Shown here one piece after another: positions 43,460-49,727 of a stretch of DNA of 49,727 nucleotides; position 1 is the stretch's first letter, and each line of letters starts with the position of its first letter. The position numbers and the translations under genes are program-made. The notes under the pieces were generated by a model that saw nothing but the letters and a program-made list of their open reading frames with translations, did no database searches and was not told where the DNA came from. The stretch lies in NCBI GenBank assembly GCA_040752415.1, contig JBFMGU010000048.1, positions 1 to 49,727 of the forward strand, in the 5' to 3' direction. This DNA is from Myxococcota bacterium. GTDB taxonomy: Bacteria; Myxococcota; JACRCW01.

Positions 43460-46438
43460 TCACGGGTGCGCGGACCCGAGCGCCCCATCCCCGGGGACGC
43501 CACGACGCGCGGGAGCGGGTTGGCGGATGGGCCAGGACACGGTCTTCAGCCACACGCCGAACTGGTCCGCCGGGATGGGTGGCGTCAGGTAGTAGCCCTG
43601 CGCCTCGTCGCAACCCAGCCGGGCCAGCGCTTCACAGATCTCCCGGTTCTCCACCCCTTCGGCGATCACCCGCAACCCCAGGTTGTGCCCCAGCTCAACG
43701 GTGGAGCGCACGATGCACGCCGCATCCTCATCCCGGAGCATGGGCAGCACGAAGGCCTTGTCGATCTTCAAGGCGTCAAGCGGGAGCTTCTGCAGGTAGG
43801 CGAGCGAGGAGTGGCCGGTGCCGAAGTCGTCGACGGCGAGACGGAAACCCAGGCGGCTGAGGTGCTGCAACGTCTCCAAGGCCACCTGCGGGTCGGCCAT
43901 GATGGCGCCCTCCGTGATCTCCAGGTCCAGCCAGTCCGGCTCCCCGCCCCAGGTGGCCAGCGCGTGCTGGACGGTCTCCACGAGATGGGCGTCCGCGAGG
44001 TTGCGCGCGGAGAGGTTCACCGCCAGCGGCACGCGGATCCCCTCGCTCTGCAGCGTGTGGCAGTGCATGAGCGCCGCGTCCAGCATCCACTGCGTGACCG
44101 GGCCGATGAGACCGGTGCTCTCGATGAGCGGCACGAACTGGTCGGGGGACACCAGGCCCTGCTCGGGGTGTCGCCAGCGCACCAGCGCCTCCATGGCGAC
44201 GATCTCCCGGGTGTGCAGGTCCAGCTTGGGCTGGCAATACAGCAGCAGCTGGCGCTCGCCGATGGCGGTGCGCAGCTCCCCCATGAGCTGCAGGCGACGC
44301 GGATTGTAGGGGTCGCGCTCGGCGTCATAGATGCGGAAGCCCACGCCCGCCTGTTGCGCCTGGCGCAGCGCCACGTCAGCGCGACGCATGAGCACCGCGG
44401 CGTCCTCCCCGTGCCCGGGGAACGTGGCAATGCCGATGTTGGCCCCCACCTCGACGGTGAAGCCGGCGATCTCGAAGGGCCGCTCGAACTCCCGCACCAG
44501 CTCCACCGCGGTTTCCGCGGCGGCGTGCGCACCCTGTCCCGGGAGCAGCACCGCGAAGCTGGGCCCGCCCAGGCTGGCCGCCACGTCGTGGGAGCGCAGC
44601 ACCGCGGCCATGCGCGGCCCCACGCCCTTGAGCAGCAGCTCCGCGTTGGCCTGGCCCAGCGTGTACTTGATCTCCTCGAACCGCTCCAACGTCACCACGA
44701 GGAGCGAGCACGGCTCTCCCGCCCGCTGGGCGCGCGCCAGGGCTGCCCGCAAGCGCTCTTCGAGCTGGAGGCGGTTGGGCAGGTTGGTGACGGGGTCATA
44801 GAACGCGAGGTGCCGCACGCTGTCCTCGGCGCGTTTGCGCTGGATCACGGCGCCCAGCTGCGAGCCCAACGCGAACACCAGGCGCTCCAGGCGCTGGTCC
44901 GCCGGGCGCGGCTCGAACATGAAGAACTCCAGGACTGCCACCACCGCGTCGCCGTCGAGGACGGGGATGGCCAGGCCGCACTTGATCCCGCCGCGGCGGG
45001 CCACCGCCAGGCGCAGGAACTGGGTGTCGGTGGTGACGTCCTCCACCCACACCGGCGTCTTGCGATCCCACGCCCGCCCCGGCAGGCCTTCCCCCTTGGC
45101 AAACACGTGGCGTTGACTTGCCGCGCGGAAGGCCTCCAAACCCTGCGCCTGCACGTACCAACCGGGGCTGCACTCCAGCTGCGTGCCGTCGGGGTTGGGC
45201 ATCCACGCCTGGCCCAGCTTCCAGCCCGTGGCCTCACAGATCATGCGCAGCGCAGTGGCCAGCGAGGCATGCAGGTCCGGTGCGGTGCTGATGGCCATGG
45301 TCATGGATTGCAGCAGCCGGATCTCCTCCGCGGCGCGCCGCGCTTCCGTCTCCCGGGTCTGCAACGTGGCGGCCATCTCGTCGAAGGCGTGGGCCAGCAG
45401 GTGCAGCTCCCCGCGTCCCGCCCCCATGCCGGTGCGCGCGCCCAGGTCTCCCGCGGCGAGACGTCGGGTGGCGGCCACCAGCGCGTTCACCTGGCGCAGG
45501 ATGAACACGTTGCCGCCCACCCACGCCGCCAGCAGCGCCAGCAACGCCACCAACGCCAGGCCCAGCAGGCTGCGACGGAAGACCTCGTCGACGTGCGCGT
45601 ACACCGCCTGGCGCGGCATCCCGACACTGAGGAACACCCCCACCGCGGGACCGCTGGGCAGCGGCGTGAAACCGTAGAGGCGCATCACACCGTCCAGGCC
45701 TTGCGCCTCCGCGGTCCCCCCCTGCGCCTGCGCACGGATGCGCTGCACCAGCGGAGCCTCCGGCAGTTGCGCGCCCACCCAGTGCTCCGGGTCGGGATGG
45801 CGCGCCAGGATGACGCCGTTGCGGTCCACGACACTGAGGGAGGCGCCCTCAGGCAATTCCGTCTCCGCGGCAAAGCGGTTGAGCCAACGCAGGTCCATGG
45901 CGGCAAAGACCACCGCGGTCACCACGCCGTGCTCGTCGATGATGGGGTAGCCGAAGTTGACCGAGGCCACGCCGGTGATCCGGCCCACCTGGTATTCCCC
46001 GACGACAAAACCGCGCTCCACGAGCGCACCGCGGAAGTAGCTGCGGTCCGCCAGGTTCAGGTTGGGCGGCGCGGGCAGGGCGCTGCACAGCAACTCTCCA
46101 TTGGGGGCGATGACGCCGAAGTTCACGTAGCCGGGGAACTGCCCCAGCAGCGTGGCCAGGAGGATGCCGCACGCCCGCGGGTCGGCGCTGCGCACGTTGG
46201 GGAGCAGGGCCAGGGTGGTGAGGAGCTGTCGCGCGCCCTCGATGAGCCGGTCCTGGTTGGCCGCCGCGCCGCGCGCCACCCGCAACGCATCCTCACGGAC
46301 CACCCTGCTGGCCATGCTCCGCTGCTCACGCGCGGTGTGCAGCATCAGGCCCCACGCCGGCACCACGGCGAGCGCCACGAGCAGCAGCAGCCGACCACGC
46401 AGCGAGGCGAAGGGATGGTGAACCTTGAGCTCACGCAT
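43460..46438 (-). CDS. Membrane c-di-GMP phosphodiesterase: Cache - HAMP - GAF - degenerate GGDEF - EAL
   Basis: Two TMs flanking a Cache domain (DRSYF), HAMP, GAF (GEGLPGRAW), GGPSF in place of GGDEF, intact EAL and DDFGTGHSS. Confidence 0.92.
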   Translation of the reverse strand: MRELKVHHPFASLRGRLLLLVALAVVPAWGLMLHTAREQRSMASRVVREDALRVARGAAANQDRLIEGARQLLTTLALLPNVRSADPRACGILLATLLGQFPGYVNFGVIAPNGELLCSALPAPPNLNLADRSYFRGALVERGFVVGEYQVGRITGVASVNFGYPIIDEHGVVTAVVFAAMDLRWLNRFAAETELPEGASLSVVDRNGVILARHPDPEHWVGAQLPEAPLVQRIRAQAQGGTAEAQGLDGVMRLYGFTPLPSGPAVGVFLSVGMPRQAVYAHVDEVFRRSLLGLALVALLALLAAWVGGNVFILRQVNALVAATRRLAAGDLGARTGMGAGRGELHLLAHAFDEMAATLQTRETEARRAAEEIRLLQSMTMAISTAPDLHASLATALRMICEATGWKLGQAWMPNPDGTQLECSPGWYVQAQGLEAFRAASQRHVFAKGEGLPGRAWDRKTPVWVEDVTTDTQFLRLAVARRGGIKCGLAIPVLDGDAVVAVLEFFMFEPRPADQRLERLVFALGSQLGAVIQRKRAEDSVRHLAFYDPVTNLPNRLQLEERLRAALARAQRAGEPCSLLVVTLERFEEIKYTLGQANAELLLKGVGPRMAAVLRSHDVAASLGGPSFAVLLPGQGAHAAAETAVELVREFERPFEIAGFTVEVGANIGIATFPGHGEDAAVLMRRADVALRQAQQAGVGFRIYDAERDPYNPRRLQLMGELRTAIGERQLLLYCQPKLDLHTREIVAMEALVRWRHPEQGLVSPDQFVPLIESTGLIGPVTQWMLDAALMHCHTLQSEGIRVPLAVNLSARNLADAHLVETVQHALATWGGEPDWLDLEITEGAIMADPQVALETLQHLSRLGFRLAVDDFGTGHSSLAYLQKLPLDALKIDKAFVLPMLRDEDAACIVRSTVELGHNLGLRVIAEGVENREICEALARLGCDEAQGYYLTPPIPADQFGVWLKTVSWPIRQPAPARRGVPGDGALGSAHP

Positions 46439-46568
46439 GCGGCACGACCTTCACCGCGGGATGTAGCCAACGCGCCGCACGCCACAAACCCCTTCCGTCC
46501 GACGTCACCACGGACGAGGACGAATGCGCTGCCCGGAGGCCCGCCTTTCAAGTAGGTTGCGCCGCCCC

Positions 46569-48326
46569 ATGGAAACCGCGCCCTTCGCCGACGTCCCCGC
46601 TCCGCTCCAGCACACGCTCACGCAACGTGGCTTCACCCGTCTCACCCCCGTGCAGCAGGCGGTGCTGCAGGAGGAGCACGCCGGGCGTGACCTGCGCATC
46701 TCGTCGCAGACCGGCTCCGGCAAGACGGTGGCGGTGGGGCTGCTGCTGGCGGGGCTGGTGGAGCGGCCGGAGGGTCGCGCGGAGCGGGTGTGCCAGCCAC
46801 GCGCCGTGGTCATCACGCCCACGCGGGAGCTGGCCATGCAGGTGGCCTCCGAGCTGTCCTGGCTGCTCAAGGAGCTGCGCACGCGGGTGCTTGCGGTGAC
46901 CGGCGGCACCAACGTCCGCGCCGAGCAGCGCGCGCTCAGCCACGGCGCGGAGATCGTGGTGGGCACGCCGGGGAGATTGCTGGACCACCTCACGCAGCAG
47001 GTCATCGACACCTCCGCCGTGGCCGCGGTGGTGCTGGACGAGGCGGACCAGATGCTGGACCTGGGCTTCCGCGACGAGCTGGAGGCCATCCTGGAGAAGC
47101 TGCCCACGGAGCGTCGCACGCACCTGATGAGCGCCACCTTCTCGCGCGAGGTGCTGGCGCTGGCCCGGCGCTACCAGCACGACGCGGTGCACGTGGAAGG
47201 CACCACGCTGGGCCAGGCCAACGTGGACATTGCGCACGTGATCCAGCTGGTCCGCCCGCACCAGGTCACCGACGCGCTCATCAACCTGCTCCTGCTCTCC
47301 CCCGACGAGCTCACGCTGGTCTTCGCGCGCACGCGCGCCGACGTCACCAACCTGGCGGGACAGCTGGCGGAGCTGGGCTTCAGCGTGGCGGGACTGACCG
47401 GGGAGATGGACCAGCCGGAGCGCACGCGCGTGATGAATGCCTTCCGGGCCGGGCACCTGCGCACGCTGGTGGCCACCGACGTGGCGGCGCGCGGCATCGA
47501 CGTGCCCGAGGTGACGCGCGTGATCCACGTGGACGCGCCCACCGACTCCGACGTGTACACGCACCGCAGCGGTCGCACGGGGCGCGCGGGGCGCAAGGGG
47601 ACGAGCATCCTGATTGTTCCGCCGCAGGGTCGGGACCGGGTGACGCGGACGCTCAAGCACGCCGGCGTGCGCTACACGTTTGCGCCCGTCCCCGACGCGC
47701 AAGCCATCCTGCGTGCCTCCGACGACCGCCTGCTGGCCGAGCTGACCACGCCCCCGCCGCCCACCGACGACGGCGCCTGGGAGCCGCACCTGCACACGCT
47801 GGCCACGCGCCTGCTGGAGCACGTGGAGCCGCTGACGCTGGTGCACCGGCTGCTGGCGCGCGTGGGCCACCACGGCCCGGTGCTGCCGCGCACGGTGGAG
47901 CCGGTGGGCGCGCCCACGCCGCGGGAGCCCAGGGAGCGGGTGAAGCCGGAGCCGCGTGCACGCAAGGAGCACCGCGTGCCCGAAGGCGGCTGGGTGTCGT
48001 TCCGCCTGACGTCGGGGAGCCGGTTCGGGATGGATGCGCGGCGGCTGCTGGCCACGGTGTGTCGCCGGGGGAACATCCGCGGCTCCGACGTGGGCGCCAT
48101 TGACGTGGGCACCTCCCACAGCATCTTCCAGGTGGCCGCCGAGGTGGCGGAGCACTTCGCGGAAGCGGCGGCCCGTCCCGACCCGCGCGACCCCCGCGTG
48201 CGCATCGAGCCGTTGCAGGAACACGCGGCGCGGATGGCGCGTGAGGAGGAACGGCCCGCGCCGCGTCGGAAGGGACCGCCCCCGCCCGGCAAACGCAAGC
48301 CCCACCGCGGCACGCACCGCAAGTAA
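46569..48326 (+). CDS. DEAD-box RNA helicase with DbpA-type RNA-binding C-terminal domain
   Basis: QTGSGKT, PTRELA, TPGR, DEAD, SAT, ARGID, HRSGRTGRAG; C-terminal CRRGNIRGSDVGAI. Confidence 0.95.
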   Translation: METAPFADVPAPLQHTLTQRGFTRLTPVQQAVLQEEHAGRDLRISSQTGSGKTVAVGLLLAGLVERPEGRAERVCQPRAVVITPTRELAMQVASELSWLLKELRTRVLAVTGGTNVRAEQRALSHGAEIVVGTPGRLLDHLTQQVIDTSAVAAVVLDEADQMLDLGFRDELEAILEKLPTERRTHLMSATFSREVLALARRYQHDAVHVEGTTLGQANVDIAHVIQLVRPHQVTDALINLLLLSPDELTLVFARTRADVTNLAGQLAELGFSVAGLTGEMDQPERTRVMNAFRAGHLRTLVATDVAARGIDVPEVTRVIHVDAPTDSDVYTHRSGRTGRAGRKGTSILIVPPQGRDRVTRTLKHAGVRYTFAPVPDAQAILRASDDRLLAELTTPPPPTDDGAWEPHLHTLATRLLEHVEPLTLVHRLLARVGHHGPVLPRTVEPVGAPTPREPRERVKPEPRARKEHRVPEGGWVSFRLTSGSRFGMDARRLLATVCRRGNIRGSDVGAIDVGTSHSIFQVAAEVAEHFAEAAARPDPRDPRVRIEPLQEHAARMAREEERPAPRRKGPPPPGKRKPHRGTHRK

Positions 48327-48341
48327 CCTCCCGCCGACACC

Positions 48342-49400
48342 ATGGCGACCGCAGAGCGGCTGGACCCACCACCCGGAGCCCCGCGCCCCACCGGCCGCGA
48401 GAGCCGTCTGCAGGAATCCCTGCTCACGCGTTGGCGACGTCGGGCGGTCACCATTCCCGCGATCTACCTCCTGTGGGCGCTGGCCACCGTGCTGGCTCCC
48501 CTGCTCCTCGTGGCGGCGCTGCTTCTCGACGGAGCGCGGCGTTCCCGCCTGGTGCTGACGCGCGCGGTGATGTTCTTCCTGGTGTTCCTGTGGTTCGAGG
48601 CGGTGGCCCTGGTGGCGACGTTGCTGGTGTGGCCGCTGGTGGTTCACCCGGACACATTCCGCCACCTGAACGCGCGACTGCAGGTGTGGTGGAACGCCGG
48701 GCTGTTCCGCGCCGGGTGCGTCATCTTCGGCATGCGCGTGGTGGTGGAGGGGCGGGACGTGCTGCAACGCGAGGGGCCCCTGCTGGTGCTGGTGCGCCAC
48801 GTCAGCACGGTGGACGCGGTCATCCCGGTGACACTGCTCTCCGACGTGGGGCGGCACCTGTTCCGCTTTGTGCTCAAGCGCGAGCTGCTGACGGACCCGT
48901 GCCTGGACGTGGTGGGCAACCGCCTGCCCAACTGCTTCGTGAAGCGTGAATCCGACGTGCGCGACGACGAGGTGGCGCGCGTGGTGGGACTGTTGGAAGG
49001 CATGGGCGGGGAGGAGGCGCTGGTGATCTACCCGGAGGGCACGCGCTTCTCTCCGTCGCGGCGCACGCGTCTGCTCGAGAAGATGCCGCCTGGGCCACCG
49101 CGGGAGCTGGCCACCACGCTGCAGCACACGCTGCCTCCGTTGACGCGCGGCACGCTGGCCCTGCTCGGCGCCAACCGCCACGCCGACCTGGTCATCCTGG
49201 GTCACACCGGGCTGGAGGGCGCCGCCGCGTTTCCGGACTTCATCCGCGGCGGACTGGTGGGCACCACCATCCACGTCTGGGTGCGACGCATCCCGCGTGA
49301 GCGCATCCCGGCCGACGAGGCGGGCCAGATTGCGCTGCTCTCCGACGAGTGGCGACGCATGGACGGGCTGATCGAGGCGCACCGCCGCGCGGTGATGTGA
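48342..49400 (+). CDS. 1-acyl-sn-glycerol-3-phosphate acyltransferase family (PlsC-like)
   Basis: HxxxxD motif (HVSTVD), FVLKREL, FVKR, IYPEGTRF. Confidence 0.9.
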   Translation: MATAERLDPPPGAPRPTGRESRLQESLLTRWRRRAVTIPAIYLLWALATVLAPLLLVAALLLDGARRSRLVLTRAVMFFLVFLWFEAVALVATLLVWPLVVHPDTFRHLNARLQVWWNAGLFRAGCVIFGMRVVVEGRDVLQREGPLLVLVRHVSTVDAVIPVTLLSDVGRHLFRFVLKRELLTDPCLDVVGNRLPNCFVKRESDVRDDEVARVVGLLEGMGGEEALVIYPEGTRFSPSRRTRLLEKMPPGPPRELATTLQHTLPPLTRGTLALLGANRHADLVILGHTGLEGAAAFPDFIRGGLVGTTIHVWVRRIPRERIPADEAGQIALLSDEWRRMDGLIEAHRRAVM

Positions 49401-49508
49401 ACATCACGTTTTCGTCCCCCGGCACTCAACACCGGACGAGCAGAAACCGATACACTTCCTGCCCAAGGGGCGGTGTGCGAACCGCCCACATCCGGGAGGG
49501 AAACGCGA

Positions 49509-49727
49509 ATGACCCGTATCACCGCGGCGGCCGGGCAGACCCTGGCGCGCAGGGGGCTTGATCCCCAGACGCTGACCCAGCAGGAGCTGCGCGGCCTGGA
49601 CACCAACCAGGACACCCGCGTCACCGCCAACGAGGCGCATGACGCCGTGAAACGGGTGGACACCAACGGCGACGACCGCCTGAGCCCCCAGGAGGCCACC
49701 ACGCTGCGCAAGGACGCGGCCAAGGCG
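49509..49727 (+). CDS. Partial CDS (5' end) with EF-hand-like loops
   Basis: GGAGGG RBS; MTRITAAAGQTLARRGLDPQTLTQQELRGLDTNQDTRVTANE...VDTNGDDRLSPQE; runs off the window end. Confidence 0.75.
   Translation, partial: MTRITAAAGQTLARRGLDPQTLTQQELRGLDTNQDTRVTANEAHDAVKRVDTNGDDRLSPQEATTLRKDAAKA

Noticed and set aside
49392..49453. GTGATGT-GA-ACATCAC palindrome and TCAA...ACCGATAC sigma28-like motif upstream of the last gene
   Set aside because: Spacing does not fit CRP or sigma28 consensus well and there is only one instance; insufficient support
1..49727. rRNA, tRNA, transposase, integrase or prophage genes
   Set aside because: None recognised by eye; tRNAscan-SE, Infernal and ISEScan would be needed to exclude them formally

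Overview
High-GC, gene-dense window whose gene content (PEGA-domain C-terminus, CGNG-type cysteine-rich repeat lipoproteins, VIT-vWA protein, poly-Ser stalks) looks myxobacterial (Myxococcota); this is an inference from protein style. About 37 CDS can be supported. They include five Ser-stalk surface lipoproteins (three very large and Cys-rich), an HTH-WYL regulator divergent from a pair of paralogous membrane proteins, a TetR-headed Lol-like ABC export operon, a VIT-vWA / ECF sigma / small-protein operon, and housekeeping-type genes (HPF, DedA, TauE, DEAD-box helicase, PlsC, c-di-GMP phosphodiesterase). No rRNA, tRNA, CRISPR array, transposase or integrase was recognised. The most striking non-coding signal is three unrelated large intergenic palindromes (~9981-10406, ~21675-21950, ~37446-38051). 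The third is built from four ~105-bp double-hairpin units showing compensatory base changes. Also notable: a leaderless sigma70-type promoter with paired operator-like sites for the TetR operon, and a (GGGAGA)8 G-quadruplex-capable tract. All product calls come from motif recognition by eye; no database searches were run.
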